In this document: positions 8,923 to 19,666 of the stretch, piece by piece | Numbering within the stretch: the stretch's first letter is position 1 | How the letters are laid out: each line of letters opens with the position of its first letter | NCBI GenBank assembly: GCA_964545575.1 | Contig: CAZJFL010000005.1 | Span: 8,617 to 72,616 of the forward strand | Direction: 5' to 3' | Length of the DNA stretch: 64,000 nt | DNA from: an uncultured Planctomycetales bacterium | GTDB taxonomy: Bacteria > Omnitrophota > Gorgyraeia > Gygaellales > Profunditerraquicolaceae | Notes under the pieces: model-generated | The model's input: the letters and a program-made list of their open reading frames with translations, nothing else | Database searches by the model: none | What the model was told of the DNA's origin: nothing | Position numbers and translations under genes: made by a program

Positions 8923-9856
8923 GGTTGGTATAACCATCGGCGATCCCTCAGGCATAGGCCCTGAGATAACCCTTAAGGCGATAGGTAAATTAAAGGGCAG
9001 GGCGGAGTTTGTTATCATCGGGGATAAATGGGTCATTAATAAGGTTCAGGGTTCAGGGTTCAGGGTTCAGGGTTTTAGGCTGGTAGACTTAAATAATGTA
9101 GCGCATAAAAATTTCTCTTTCGGTAAGATTAAAGCCGAATACGGGAGAGCTTCGGTTGAATATTTAGACAAGGCGCTGGAATTACTCCGGAAAAAAGAAA
9201 TAGATTGCCTGGTTACCTGCCCGATATCTAAGGAAGCAATTAATCTCGCCGGTTTCAAGGGGTTTTCCGGCCATACCGAATACCTGGCAAAATGCCTGGG
9301 GCTAGAAGATTTCGTAATGTTATTATTGAATAAAAAGTTAAAGTTTAGCCTGCTTACCAGGCACGTTCCTTTGAGGGAGGTGCCTTTTAAACTGGACAAA
9401 GAAAAAATAGGCAAGAATATAATTTTGACCATTCGAGCGCTTAAAGACCTGTTTGCCGTCAGGGATCCGCGCATCGTCGTCTGCGGCCTTAACCCGCATG
9501 CCTCGGATAACGGCGTGATCGGAGACGAGGAAAACAGGATGATTAAGCCGGCGCTGGCGAAATTAAGGATAAAGAATGTCTTCGGGCCGTATTCATCCGA
9601 TGTGGCTATCGCCGGGGCCCTGCATAGAAAATACGACTGCGTGATTGCTATCTATCATGATCAGGCGCTTATCCCCCTGAAGCTCTCGGGAAATAATCAG
9701 GGGGTGAATATGACCTTAGGGCTACCTTTTGTCAGGACTTCTCCTTTACACGGCACCGCTTTCGATATCGCCGGAAAAAATATCGCCTCATCCGATTCCT
9801 TGGTAGAAGCGATCAAGCTAGCCACTAGATGCGCCTTAAACCTAAAAAAAGCCTAG
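8879..9856 (+). CDS. pdxA: 4-hydroxythreonine-4-phosphate dehydrogenase
   Basis: ITIGDPSGIGPE, GHTEYLA, GLNPHA, YHDQ, LPFVRTSP.HGTAFDIAG. Confidence 0.95.
   Translation: MSLRNVPTSKSTRIRVGITIGDPSGIGPEITLKAIGKLKGRAEFVIIGDKWVINKVQGSGFRVQGFRLVDLNNVAHKNFSFGKIKAEYGRASVEYLDKALELLRKKEIDCLVTCPISKEAINLAGFKGFSGHTEYLAKCLGLEDFVMLLLNKKLKFSLLTRHVPLREVPFKLDKEKIGKNIILTIRALKDLFAVRDPRIVVCGLNPHASDNGVIGDEENRMIKPALAKLRIKNVFGPYSSDVAIAGALHRKYDCVIAIYHDQALIPLKLSGNNQGVNMTLGLPFVRTSPLHGTAFDIAGKNIASSDSLVEAIKLATRCALNLKKA
9043..9070. repeat. Heptamer array (GGTTCAG)x4 in pdxA
   Basis: Four perfect copies; encodes VQGSGFRVQ. Confidence 0.95.
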
Positions 9857-10614
9857 GCCAGAATTTTCTCACCGATAAAAACATCCAGAGGAAAATAATC
9901 CGCGCCTGCGCGTTTAATTCATCCGACTCCGTACTTGAGATAGGACCGGGAACCGGGGAATTGACCGCGCTGATCGCCGAGCAGGTAAATAGATTATACG
10001 CCGTAGAAATAGACCCGCGGTTATACGCCGGTTTAAAAGAGAGATTTCAGGGTTATTCTAGAGTCAAGATAATCAATGCCGACATCTTAAAAATTAACCC
10101 AAAAATTTACGCTAGAGGCAAATCTGCCAGGATCAAGGTCATTGGCAATATTCCCTACTATATTACTACGCCCATTATCGGGCATCTTTTTAAGTTCAGG
10201 GATAAAATAAAGCATATTTTTTTGACCGTACAGAAAGAGTTTGCCCAGAGGATCACCGCTTCCGCCGGCTCCAAAGATTACGGCTCTTTTAGCTGTTTCG
10301 TGCAGTATTATACAAAAGCCAAACAACTCTTTCTGATCAAGAAGACCAGTTTCTGGCCTGCGCCAAAAGTAGATTCCTGTTTTTTAAGTTTAGAAATAAA
10401 AGAGAAGCCCGATATCATCGTCAAAGATGAGGCGCGCTTTTTTAAAATTATCCGGCAGGCCTTTAACCAGAGGAGGAAGACCTTAAGGAATAGCCTGCGC
10501 GGGCTAATCGCTGCGGAAGAGCTGGAACATTTTTTTAGTAAGTATAGCATTAACAGCAAGATACGCCCCGAAGACCTCAGCTTAAAGGAGTTCGCGGATT
10601 TAAGTAACATCTAA
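9829..10614 (+). CDS. rsmA: 16S rRNA adenine dimethyltransferase RsmA/KsgA
   Basis: KKSLGQNFL, VLEIGPGTG, GNIPYYITTP, FNQRRKTLRN. Confidence 0.96.
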   Translation: MRLKPKKSLGQNFLTDKNIQRKIIRACAFNSSDSVLEIGPGTGELTALIAEQVNRLYAVEIDPRLYAGLKERFQGYSRVKIINADILKINPKIYARGKSARIKVIGNIPYYITTPIIGHLFKFRDKIKHIFLTVQKEFAQRITASAGSKDYGSFSCFVQYYTKAKQLFLIKKTSFWPAPKVDSCFLSLEIKEKPDIIVKDEARFFKIIRQAFNQRRKTLRNSLRGLIAAEELEHFFSKYSINSKIRPEDLSLKEFADLSNI

Positions 10615-10627
10615 TCATATTTTTCCC

Positions 10628-10655
10628 TTGACGTTTTGATTTTATGCGCTATAAT
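10628..10655 (+). promoter_or_regulatory. Putative sigma70 promoter (TTGACG-16-TATAAT)
   Basis: Near-consensus hexamers in intergenic DNA upstream of the TPR gene. Confidence 0.6.
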
Positions 10656-10667
10656 ATAAAAAAATAT

Positions 10668-11678
10668 ATGTCCAGCCAATCTCTCAAAAATAATATAAAA
10701 AATCTGGCGTTGGTATTACTTTTCGTAAGTTTTTCTTCTTTCCTCTTTGCCCAGGAACAGGTTCCCAATAATCAGGCGGCAAACCGCGGTTATATTGCCG
10801 CCAGCGACCTGCGGGAGGTAAAAAAGGGCACGGTCATATTTGAGGAAAAAGCCCCTAAACAGGCACCGATAGAGAGCGAGCAGGGCCTGACTGCGCTACA
10901 GAAACAGGCCAGGCTTTACCGCGCTCAAGGCTACGAGGCCCAGTCCACGGGTAATCTGGATATCGCCTTAAGTTTTTATCAGAAAGCAGTACAATTAGAC
11001 CCCGGCTATGCGGTGGTCTATAATGATTTGGGCGTCGTCTATGAAGACGCCGGCTTAACTGACCGCGCCGAAGGAAATTACCTGAAGGCAATTAAACTTG
11101 ACCCCGGATATTTAAGCGCGTATTCGAATCTCGCATTATTATACGAAAACAAGCGCGAGCTGGATAAGGCGGTTTTTTACTGGAAGAAAAGGGTGGAGTT
11201 AAGCGATAGCGATGACCTTTGGACAGCGCGGGCAAAGAAAAGGTTAAATGACCTGGCGCAAGTAGTGCCCAGCTATAAACAGGCATTAGCAGAGGCAGAG
11301 ACGATTAATCTGATCAGACAGGTAGCGCAGAATAAGCAGGCGAAGCAAGAGGTGTCTTTTAAGCAAGCAGCGCAGTACCTGGCCTCGGCTAAGAATCTTT
11401 ACAATAGAGGCCAATATGAGCAGGCGATGGAAGAAATCAACAAGGCCTTAGCAGCAGACCCTCAGGATAAACAAAAGCTTTGGCTGAAAGAAAAGATAGC
11501 CTCGATATTGAAAGAGCGCTACGATAAAGCCCAGGCGAAAGAGAGGCAGGAGAGCGTTAGGAAGATGAGGGCTTCTTTTGATCAAGGGGTGAAATATTAC
11601 CAACAGGGCAATCCGGAGGCAGCAGAGCTAGAATTCAATAAGATTATTGAACTCACCGCAGCACATCAAAAAAATTAA
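10668..11678 (+). CDS. Exported TPR-repeat protein
   Basis: Signal-like N-terminus; TPR motifs (YQKAVQLDPGYAVVYNDLG, AYSNLA); start moved to 10668 because the 10644 ATG lies in the promoter. Confidence 0.8.
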   Translation: MSSQSLKNNIKNLALVLLFVSFSSFLFAQEQVPNNQAANRGYIAASDLREVKKGTVIFEEKAPKQAPIESEQGLTALQKQARLYRAQGYEAQSTGNLDIALSFYQKAVQLDPGYAVVYNDLGVVYEDAGLTDRAEGNYLKAIKLDPGYLSAYSNLALLYENKRELDKAVFYWKKRVELSDSDDLWTARAKKRLNDLAQVVPSYKQALAEAETINLIRQVAQNKQAKQEVSFKQAAQYLASAKNLYNRGQYEQAMEEINKALAADPQDKQKLWLKEKIASILKERYDKAQAKERQESVRKMRASFDQGVKYYQQGNPEAAELEFNKIIELTAAHQKN

Positions 11679-11704
11679 TTTTCCACCTACTCTCTAATCC
11701 TGTA

Positions 11705-14242
11705 ATGAATAATCAGCGGATATTCTTAATAGATGCTACCGCATTCTGCTACCGCGCATTTTACGCCGTAACCGGCCTGGCTACATCTTTCGGGCAGCCC
11801 ACCAACGCCATCTACGGCTTTGTGAACATGCTGCTTAAGGTTATAAAGGAGAAAAGGCCAGAGTTTCTCGGCGTCTGCTTCGATGTTTCGCGGGATACGT
11901 TCCGGCAGAAAAAATTCGCTGATTATAAAAAACAGCGCCCGGCAATGCCGGATGAATTATCCGGCCAGATACCCTTGATTAAGGAAATAGTTTCGGCCTA
12001 CGGTATCCCGATATTTGAAAAAGAGGGCTTTGAAGCCGACGATGTAATCGCCAGCCTTAATAAACAAGCTAAGGAAAAAGGTTTTTCCGTCACCATTATT
12101 AGCTCGGATAAAGATATGTTGCAACTGGTGGATGAGGCCACAGAGGTATTTAGCCCCTATAAAGATGAAGGCATAACCTATGATTATAAAAGAGTGCTGG
12201 AGCGTTTTGGCGTGGAGCCGGCAAAGATACCGGATATTATCGCCCTGATGGGAGACGCTGCGGATAATATACCCAACGTCCCCGGTATAGGGGAAAAGAC
12301 GGCGCTAGATTTGATCAAGAGTTTTGGTTCGCTGGAGAAATTATTGGATAATATCGGCGAGCTAAAACAACAAAAGTTAAAGACTGCTATTCAGGATAAT
12401 ATAGCAAGCATTAAGCTGAGTAAAGAATTAGCAATGCTGGATAGCAATATGGAGTTAGGTTTTACTTTGGAAGGTTTAAAAATCAAAGAGCCAGACTACA
12501 AGGAAGTCCAGCGGCTCTTTAAATACCTGGAGTTTAAAAAGTTTTTGAAAGACTTGGCCTTAGCAAGCCCGGTTGCCCCAGAGATAAAAGCAGAGACTAT
12601 AGAAGATGCGCAGTTAGAGGGCATATTTGGCGCGGATGAGGAAATGGTTTTTTATCGCGGTGACGAGGGCGGTATTATATTTTCTGCCCAGGATAGGCCA
12701 TTACGTTTAGAAAGCTTCGGCAGCAATATCGCAAAGATTTTATCTAGCCCTAAGATAAAAAAGATCAGTCACGGCTTAAAAAAAATAAAGACATCCTTGG
12801 TACAAGTTAACATTATCTTGGAAGGAATATATTTCGATACGATGGTTGCTGCTTATTTGCTCAATCCCGCCAGAGGAGAATACAGCCTCGGCGATATCAG
12901 CACGGATTATCTTGATGCGCCGCCAGGCGATCCGGGAGTCGGATCGTCCGCAGCGCTGGATTTGATTTTAAAATTAAGGCCGAAGTTGGAAGAGGAATTG
13001 CGCCAGAAACAATTATGGGAACTTTTTAATACCCTGGAGATGCCGCTGGTAGAGGTATTGACGGATATGGAGTTAGCCGGGATCAAATTAGATTTAAAGG
13101 TCCTGGAGGAGTTATCGCAGGATCTGGAAAAAAGGCTGATCCGGCTGATCGAGGAGATCTATGCGGCAAGCGATGCCCAATTCAATATCAACTCCCCGAA
13201 ACAACTCAGAGAAATTTTATTCGAGAAACTTAAGTTGCCGGTGGTAAAAAGGAGCAAGACTGGCCCGTCTACCGACGAAGAAGTTTTAAGAAAATTAGCG
13301 GATAAACATAAACTACCGGCTTTGTTGCTGGAGTACCGGCAATTAGCCAAGCTTAAATCTACTTACATCGATGCGCTGCCCGAGCTGGTAAATCCTAAAA
13401 CCGGGCGGGTGCATAGCTCGTTTAATCAGACCGGCACTGAAACCGGGAGGCTCAGTTCCAGCAAGCCGAACCTCCAGAATATCCCGATTAAAACGGACAT
13501 CGGCCGCAATATCCGGCGGGCAATCATCGCTTCGGCTCCAGATAATTATCTTTTAGCCTGCGATTATTCACAGATAGAATTAAGAGTCCTGGCGCATCTT
13601 TCAAAAGACGGTAATCTGATCGAGGCCTTTAGGGAGAATAAAGACATCCATCGCATTACTGCTTCCCTGATTTACGGCTTAGCCGAAGAGCAGGTTGATG
13701 ATGCCATGCGCGATGTGGCTAAAAGGGTCAATTTCGGGATCGTCTACGGCCTGAGTTCCTACGGCTTGGCGCGGGACCTGAATATCCCGCAGGGCGAGGC
13801 CCAGATTTTTATCGACCATTATTTCTTAAGATACCCCAAAGTAAAAGATTATATAGAGGAGCAAATTGAAAAGGCCCGTAAAGACGGCTTTGTGACTACG
13901 CTTCTGGGGAGAAGAAGGTATATTCCGGAAGTGAATAATAAAAATCAGGGCTTAAGGCAGTTTGCCGAGCGCCAGGCAGTGAATGCCCCGATCCAGGGTT
14001 CTGCCAGCGACCTGATAAAATTAGCCATGGTTGATATACACCGGGAAATAAAACAAAAACCCTGGAAATCCCGGATGATTTTACAGATTCACGACGAATT
14101 ATTGTTTGATCTGCCGCTTCCGGAATTAAGCGGTTTTGCCGCTTTGGTAAGAAATAGGATGGAGAACGTGCTTAAACTCGATGTGCCGGTAAAGGTAGAT
14201 ATTAAAAAAGGAAGAAATTGGCTAGAGATGGAGCCTGTGTGA
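11705..14242 (+). CDS. polA: DNA polymerase I
   Basis: 5'-3' exonuclease motifs (EADDVIA, GDAADNIPNVPGIGEKTA); TETGRLSS, DYSQIELR, NFGIVYG, QIHDEL. Confidence 0.97.
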   Translation: MNNQRIFLIDATAFCYRAFYAVTGLATSFGQPTNAIYGFVNMLLKVIKEKRPEFLGVCFDVSRDTFRQKKFADYKKQRPAMPDELSGQIPLIKEIVSAYGIPIFEKEGFEADDVIASLNKQAKEKGFSVTIISSDKDMLQLVDEATEVFSPYKDEGITYDYKRVLERFGVEPAKIPDIIALMGDAADNIPNVPGIGEKTALDLIKSFGSLEKLLDNIGELKQQKLKTAIQDNIASIKLSKELAMLDSNMELGFTLEGLKIKEPDYKEVQRLFKYLEFKKFLKDLALASPVAPEIKAETIEDAQLEGIFGADEEMVFYRGDEGGIIFSAQDRPLRLESFGSNIAKILSSPKIKKISHGLKKIKTSLVQVNIILEGIYFDTMVAAYLLNPARGEYSLGDISTDYLDAPPGDPGVGSSAALDLILKLRPKLEEELRQKQLWELFNTLEMPLVEVLTDMELAGIKLDLKVLEELSQDLEKRLIRLIEEIYAASDAQFNINSPKQLREILFEKLKLPVVKRSKTGPSTDEEVLRKLADKHKLPALLLEYRQLAKLKSTYIDALPELVNPKTGRVHSSFNQTGTETGRLSSSKPNLQNIPIKTDIGRNIRRAIIASAPDNYLLACDYSQIELRVLAHLSKDGNLIEAFRENKDIHRITASLIYGLAEEQVDDAMRDVAKRVNFGIVYGLSSYGLARDLNIPQGEAQIFIDHYFLRYPKVKDYIEEQIEKARKDGFVTTLLGRRRYIPEVNNKNQGLRQFAERQAVNAPIQGSASDLIKLAMVDIHREIKQKPWKSRMILQIHDELLFDLPLPELSGFAALVRNRMENVLKLDVPVKVDIKKGRNWLEMEPV

Positions 14243-14246
14243 TTTG

Positions 14247-14290
14247 CCCCTCACCCAGAAAGCCATAGTAAGGTAGCGCTGGGTGAGGGG
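14247..14290. repeat. 12-bp perfect inverted repeat CCCCTCACCCAG / CTGGGTGAGGGG after polA (REP-like or terminator-like)
   Basis: Arms at 14247-14258 and 14279-14290. Confidence 0.75.
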
Positions 14291-14349
14291 TTAATTCGCA
14301 CACATAACTTATGTCGCGCTTCGCGCTCCATAAGTTATGTGCTCATTAA
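14291..14349. repeat. Palindromic element, copy 1: TTAATTCGCA-stem-TC..CTTCG..TC-stem'-TGCTCATTAA
   Basis: Stem CACATAACTTATG/CATAAGTTATGTG; same ends as copy 2 at 52622-52705. Confidence 0.8.
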
Positions 14350-14363
14350 ATGGAGGAGGTAAA

Positions 14364-15752
14364 ATGAAAATCGTAATTTCTGCTTCTGAGGTGGTGCCTT
14401 TTGCAAAGACGGGTGGGTTGGCGGATGTCGCCGGAGCTTTACCCTTAGCGTTAGAACGGGAGGGCGCGGAAGTGATTATCACCCTGCCGCGTTATAAAGC
14501 AATTAAAGATTCCAGTTTCCAGATCCAGAGGCTAAAAGAGGATATCTCTTATTCGGTTATCGGTAAAAATATCAAGGTTTATTTTATAGAGAACGATAAA
14601 TACTTTAACCGCGACGGGCTTTACGGAGACAAGAACGGGGATTATCCGGATAACCTGGAGAGGTTCTCTTATTATTGCAAGCGTACGCTCACCCTGCTTA
14701 AAGAAATCAATTTTAAGCCTGAGATCATTCATCTGCACGACTGGCAGGCTTCTTTGATTCCGGTGTACCTGAAAAATATCTATCTGCTGGATGCTTTTTA
14801 TAAGCGCATCAAGACGGTCTTGACCATCCACAACATCGGCTATCAGGGGCTTTTTCCCAAAGAGGAGTTTCCGAAGCTCGGGTTGGACTGGAGCCTCTTT
14901 CAGATCGAAGGGTTAGAATTTTACGACAAAATAAATATCTTAAAAGGCGGGATGGAGTTTTCGGACATCATCAATACGGTGAGTGAAACTTACAGTAAAG
15001 AGATCCAGACTAAAGAGTTTGGCTTCGGGCTGGAGGGGGTCTTAAATAAGCGCCGGGATAGCGTCTTCGGGATCTTAAACGGCCTGGACTATTCTATCTG
15101 GAACCCCGAGAGCGATAAGTTCATTGCCAAAAATTATTCCCTTAAAACCATAAAGGACAAATATAAAAATAAAGAAAACCTGCAGAGGGTCTGCAAGCTT
15201 CCGGTGAGGCAGGATGTCCCGCTTTTCGGCATCGTCTCCCGCTTAGCCGAACAGAAAGGGTTTGATATCCTAGCGGAAGCAGTGGATACTATCTGCAGGA
15301 TGAAGATTCAACTGGTCATTTTAGGGACGGGAGATTTAAAGTATCACCTGATCATGGAGGATATGGTTAAAAAATATCCCGAGGTTATCTCGCTCTCTTT
15401 AAAGTTCGACGATGCCCTGGCACATAAAATATACGCCGGTTCCGATATTTTCCTGATGCCTTCCAAATACGAACCCTGCGGCCTGGGCCAGCTGATCAGC
15501 TTAAGGTACGGGACGATACCGCTGGTATTTAAGACCGGAGGCCTGGCAGATACGGTTAACGGCGACAACGGGTTTATCTTTGACCGTTACAGCAAAGACG
15601 ATTTAATCAAAACCGTGGAGAAGGCAGTGGCCGCGTTTAAGAATAAGAAAAAGCTGGATAGCCTGATAAATAAAGCCATGAAATGCAATTTCTCCTGGGA
15701 CGCCTCTGCTAAGAAATATATCCGTCTCTATGAATTGGCAAAATCGCGCTAG
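14364..15752 (+). CDS. glgA: Glycogen synthase
   Basis: SEVVPFAKTGGLADV, HLHDWQ, MPSKYEPCGL.Q; SD GGAGGAGG before ATG 14364. Confidence 0.95.
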   Translation: MKIVISASEVVPFAKTGGLADVAGALPLALEREGAEVIITLPRYKAIKDSSFQIQRLKEDISYSVIGKNIKVYFIENDKYFNRDGLYGDKNGDYPDNLERFSYYCKRTLTLLKEINFKPEIIHLHDWQASLIPVYLKNIYLLDAFYKRIKTVLTIHNIGYQGLFPKEEFPKLGLDWSLFQIEGLEFYDKINILKGGMEFSDIINTVSETYSKEIQTKEFGFGLEGVLNKRRDSVFGILNGLDYSIWNPESDKFIAKNYSLKTIKDKYKNKENLQRVCKLPVRQDVPLFGIVSRLAEQKGFDILAEAVDTICRMKIQLVILGTGDLKYHLIMEDMVKKYPEVISLSLKFDDALAHKIYAGSDIFLMPSKYEPCGLGQLISLRYGTIPLVFKTGGLADTVNGDNGFIFDRYSKDDLIKTVEKAVAAFKNKKKLDSLINKAMKCNFSWDASAKKYIRLYELAKSR

Positions 15753-16344
15753 GAAAAAAATCATCTTAGGGGTAACCGGAAGCTTTGGCAGCGGTAAGAG
15801 TACGGTAGCCGGGATTTTTAAGTCTTACGGCGCCCTAGTCATCGATGCGGATAAGATCGCCCGCCGGGTCAGCCTACCGGGCGGGGGGGCGTATAAAAAT
15901 ATCGTGCGTACATTCGGAGAGGGAATCCTACGGAAAAATAAACGCATAGACCGCAGTAAATTAGCCGGAATAGTATTTAACAATAGAGCCTTACTGCGTA
16001 AGTTAAACGAGGCTGTGCATCCCGAGGTTATCCGGAATATAAAAAAAGAAATAAAGAAGTCCGGGGGAAAGATAGTTGTTTTGGATGCGCCCCTGCTGAT
16101 CGAGGCAGGATTAAAGGGTTTAGCAGATAAATTGATCGTGGTAAAGATAGACCGGCAGAAGCAGATATCCAGGCTTTTTAAGAAAATGCGCATTACTAAA
16201 AGGGCAATACGGGAAAGGATAAAGGCACAGCTGCCCTTGGAGAATAAGGTCCGCCTTGCGGATTTTGTAATAGATAATAACGGCTCGCTAGAGGAGACTA
16301 GGATTCAGGTAAAACAAATAAGGAGGTTGTTGTGGAGAAATTAG
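15730..16344 (+). CDS. coaE: Dephospho-CoA kinase
   Basis: [31 protein letters not shown]. Confidence 0.95.
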   Translation: MNWQNRARKKIILGVTGSFGSGKSTVAGIFKSYGALVIDADKIARRVSLPGGGAYKNIVRTFGEGILRKNKRIDRSKLAGIVFNNRALLRKLNEAVHPEVIRNIKKEIKKSGGKIVVLDAPLLIEAGLKGLADKLIVVKIDRQKQISRLFKKMRITKRAIRERIKAQLPLENKVRLADFVIDNNGSLEETRIQVKQIRRLLWRN

Positions 16345-17588
16345 ATATCGGAAACTTAAAGGAAATGAAAATCACCGAATTAAATAAAGTAGCCAAGGAG
16401 CTTGCCGTCAACGGGATCAGCGGCATAAAAAAACAGGACCTGATCTTTAAGATTCTGCAGGCTCAGGCGGAGAAAGAGGGCCTGATGTTCGGAGAAGGGA
16501 TTTTAGAGATACTCCCCGAAGGCTTCGGGTTCCTGCGTTCGCCCAATTACAATTACCTGCCCTGCCCGGATGACATTTATATTTCTCCTTCGCAGATCAG
16601 GAAGTTCGATTTAAAGACCGGGGATACCGTCAGCGGCCAGATCCGCCCGCCTAAAGAGGGGGAAAAATATTTTGCCTTGCTTAAGGTGGAGGCGGTAAAT
16701 TTTGAGAATCCCGAAGAGGCCAAGGATAAAATACTCTTTGATAACCTCACCCCGGTATACCCCCGCGAGCATTTTATCCTGGAGACTAGGCCCGATGAAA
16801 TATCCATGCGCATCATGGATCTGCTCACCCCCATCGGCAAAGGCCAGCGCGGCCTGATTGTCGCCCAGCCTTATAGCGGGAAGACCGTATTGTTACAGAA
16901 GATCGCCAATGCCATCACCAGCAACCAGCCGGACGTGATCTTGATTGTGCTTTTGATAGACGAGCGCCCTGAGGAAGTCACGGATATGCAGAGGAATGTC
17001 AGAGGCGAAGTCATCTCTTCCACCTTTGACGAGCCTCCGGAAAGGCACGTGCAGGTGACTGAGATCGTCCTGGAAAAGGCAAAAAGGCTGGTAGAACACA
17101 AGAAAGACGTAGTTATCCTTCTGGATAGCCTGACCCGCTTAGCGCGCGCCTATAATGCGGTGGTGCCGCATAGCGGTAAAGTTTTATCCGGCGGTATAGA
17201 CTCTAATGCCCTGCAGAAGCCCAAGAGATTTTTCGGGGCAGCGCGCGCCATAGAAGAAGGGGGGAGCCTGACGATCATCGCTACTTCTTTGGTTGATACC
17301 GGAAGCCGCATGGATGAAGTTATCTTTGAAGAGTTTAAAGGCACCGGTAACATGGAGTTGCAGCTGGACAGGAACTTATTCCAGCGCAGGATTTACCCTG
17401 CTATCGATATCAAGCGTTCTAACACCCGGCACGAAGAGTTGCTTTTAAAGCCGGAGATACTGCAGAAGGCCTGGATCCTAAGGAAGGTATTGAACGAACT
17501 GAATAACGTCGAGGCGATGGAGCTTTTGATCGAAAAGCTGGCCAAAACCAAAAACAACGAAGAGTTTTTAAACAGTATGAACCAGTAA
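16332..17588 (+). CDS. rho: Transcription termination factor Rho
   Basis: [49 protein letters not shown]. Confidence 0.98.
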   Translation: MEKLDIGNLKEMKITELNKVAKELAVNGISGIKKQDLIFKILQAQAEKEGLMFGEGILEILPEGFGFLRSPNYNYLPCPDDIYISPSQIRKFDLKTGDTVSGQIRPPKEGEKYFALLKVEAVNFENPEEAKDKILFDNLTPVYPREHFILETRPDEISMRIMDLLTPIGKGQRGLIVAQPYSGKTVLLQKIANAITSNQPDVILIVLLIDERPEEVTDMQRNVRGEVISSTFDEPPERHVQVTEIVLEKAKRLVEHKKDVVILLDSLTRLARAYNAVVPHSGKVLSGGIDSNALQKPKRFFGAARAIEEGGSLTIIATSLVDTGSRMDEVIFEEFKGTGNMELQLDRNLFQRRIYPAIDIKRSNTRHEELLLKPEILQKAWILRKVLNELNNVEAMELLIEKLAKTKNNEEFLNSMNQ

Positions 17589-17599
17589 AGGAGATAAAA

Positions 17600-17812
17600 A
17601 TGAAAGACAAGATTCATCCTAAGTATCAGGACTGCGTCATTGTCTGTGCCTGCGGCAACACCATACACACGCGTTCCACCAAACCTAACATCAGGGTGGA
17701 AGTCTGTTCGCGCTGCCATCCATTTTTTACCGGTAAACAGAAGTTCGTAGATTCCGCCGGGAGAGTGGATAAGTTTATGAAAAAATACGCCAAGAAGGAA
17801 GCGCAAGAATAA
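17600..17812 (+). CDS. rpmE: 50S ribosomal protein L31 (zinc-binding type)
   Basis: [25 protein letters not shown]. Confidence 0.97.
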   Translation: MKDKIHPKYQDCVIVCACGNTIHTRSTKPNIRVEVCSRCHPFFTGKQKFVDSAGRVDKFMKKYAKKEAQE

Positions 17813-18870
17813 TGTTAGAGCAGTTAGAAAAGTTAGAAGCCCGTTATCAGGAACTGGAAAAGATACTTGCCTCTTATGAGGCTATTTCCGACAAAGAGCA
17901 GTACAATAAATACGCCAAAGAATTATCTCTTTTGAGGGAACCGGTATCTCTCTGGCGGGAATACAAGAAGGTCTCTCTAGAATTAGAGGGCCTGGAGGCG
18001 GTGCTTAAAGAAAAAAACGAAAAGGAATTATCGGAGTTGGCCCGGGAAGAACTGCCGAAACTGGAAAATAAAAGGCGCCAGATCCAAGAGAAACTTAAAA
18101 GTATCCTCAAAGGCGAAGATAAGGACGCCGGATGCGACGTAATCGTAGAAATACGGCCGGGCACCGGAGGAGATGAAGCAGGTTTATTTGCCGCCGACCT
18201 TTACCGCATGTATACCAAGTATGCGGCAAATAAAGGATGGGCCCAAGAGCCCCTGTCGGCCAATACCACCGAGGTGGGCGGTTTTAAAGAAATGCTCTTC
18301 AGTTTAAAGGGCAGGGATGTTTATAGGAGACTTAAGTTCGAAAGCGGGGTGCACCGCGTGCAGCGCGTGCCTACTACGGAAGCGCAGGGCAGGATACATA
18401 CCTCTACGGCGACGGTGGTAGTGCTGGTAGAGCCTGAAGAAGTGGAGATGGTGATTGAGCCCAAAGACTTGAGGATAGATACCTATCGCTCTTCCGGCCC
18501 CGGAGGCCAGCATATGCAAAAAACCGATTCGGCAGTGAGGATTACGCATATACCTACGGGGGTAGTGGTAGCCTGTCAGGATGAGCGCTCGCAATTAAAA
18601 AATAAAAATAAAGCGATGCGGATTTTAGGCGCCCGGATGCTGGATATGAAAAGGCAGGAGGAGTCCCGGAAGATCTCCGCAGCGCGCAAGTCCCAGATAG
18701 GCACCGGAGACCGCAGCGAAAAAATACGCACTTATAATTTTCCCGACCGGCGCGTAACCGACCATCGCATCAACTTTACCTCGCACCGGCTGGAAGCGAT
18801 ACTGGAGGGCGACTTAGACGAGCTTTCCGATGCCCTGATAAAGGCGTCCGAAGAGAAATCAAATGAATGA
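17812..18870 (+). CDS. prfA: Peptide chain release factor 1
   Basis: [14 protein letters not shown] (PxT), GGQ motif, RSEKIRTYN; followed by prmC. Confidence 0.96.
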   Translation: MLEQLEKLEARYQELEKILASYEAISDKEQYNKYAKELSLLREPVSLWREYKKVSLELEGLEAVLKEKNEKELSELAREELPKLENKRRQIQEKLKSILKGEDKDAGCDVIVEIRPGTGGDEAGLFAADLYRMYTKYAANKGWAQEPLSANTTEVGGFKEMLFSLKGRDVYRRLKFESGVHRVQRVPTTEAQGRIHTSTATVVVLVEPEEVEMVIEPKDLRIDTYRSSGPGGQHMQKTDSAVRITHIPTGVVVACQDERSQLKNKNKAMRILGARMLDMKRQEESRKISAARKSQIGTGDRSEKIRTYNFPDRRVTDHRINFTSHRLEAILEGDLDELSDALIKASEEKSNE

Positions 18871-19666
18871 GGCAGAGTTACTCTTTAGCGAGACATTAAA
18901 TTGCAGCCGCACGGATTTATACCTGAATAAGGCCTTGAGGCTAAATAGCGCCCAGGTTTCATTTATAGCCGGCGCCTTAAAAAGAAGATTATCCGGAGAG
19001 CCCCTAGAGTATATCTTAGGCAAGACCGAGTTTATGGGTTTAGAGTTTAAACTGGATGAAAATGTTTTTATCCCCCGGCCGGAGACGGAGCTTCTTGTAG
19101 AGAAGGTATTGGCATTGTTAGAGAACAGAGAACAGAGAACAGAGAACAGAGATATTTTGGAGTTGGGGACGGGTTCAGGATGTATTGCTGTATCTGTGGC
19201 AAAATATCTGGATAATGTCCGCATCACCGCAACGGATATTTCGGAAAAAGCCCTGCAGGTTGCTAGGATAAATGCCAGGATTAATCGCGTAGAAGATAAA
19301 ATCGTATTCTTAAGAAGTAATTTATTTGAGGCGATAAGCGATAAGCGCTATGCGCTATGCGTATGCAATCCTCCCTATATACCCAGCGCAGAAATTGATA
19401 ATTTGCAGCCTGAAGTAAGGCATGAACCGCGCCTCGCCCTGGACGGCGGAGAAGACGGTTTGGATTTTTATCGCCGGATGATTAAAGAGGCCGGGCAGTA
19501 CCTGGAAAAAGACAGTTATCTGATTATGGAGATGGGGTTCGGCCAGAAGGATGCCATAAAAGATATAGTTGGCGCATCAGGGATCTTTAAGACAAATAAG
19601 ATCATTAAAGATTATAGCGGTATAGACAGAATCATATTAGTCAGCAGAGAGGAAAGAGATGGATAA
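18863..19666 (+). CDS. prmC: Release factor glutamine methyltransferase
   Basis: [38 protein letters not shown]. Confidence 0.95.
   Translation: MNEAELLFSETLNCSRTDLYLNKALRLNSAQVSFIAGALKRRLSGEPLEYILGKTEFMGLEFKLDENVFIPRPETELLVEKVLALLENREQRTENRDILELGTGSGCIAVSVAKYLDNVRITATDISEKALQVARINARINRVEDKIVFLRSNLFEAISDKRYALCVCNPPYIPSAEIDNLQPEVRHEPRLALDGGEDGLDFYRRMIKEAGQYLEKDSYLIMEMGFGQKDAIKDIVGASGIFKTNKIIKDYSGIDRIILVSREERDG
19120..19152. repeat. Heptamer array (AGAGAAC)x4 plus partial unit in prmC
   Basis: Read directly; encodes [10 protein letters not shown]; reverse complement is GTTCTCT. Confidence 0.95.
19331..19365. repeat. Heptamer array GCGATAA x2, GCGCTAT x2, GCGTATG in prmC
   Basis: Read directly; encodes [12 protein letters not shown] just before NPPY. 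Confidence 0.85.

Noticed and set aside
17814-17840. GTTAGAnnn x3 at the prfA start
   Set aside because: Explained by the LEQLEKLEA helix and codon preference; too weak alone.
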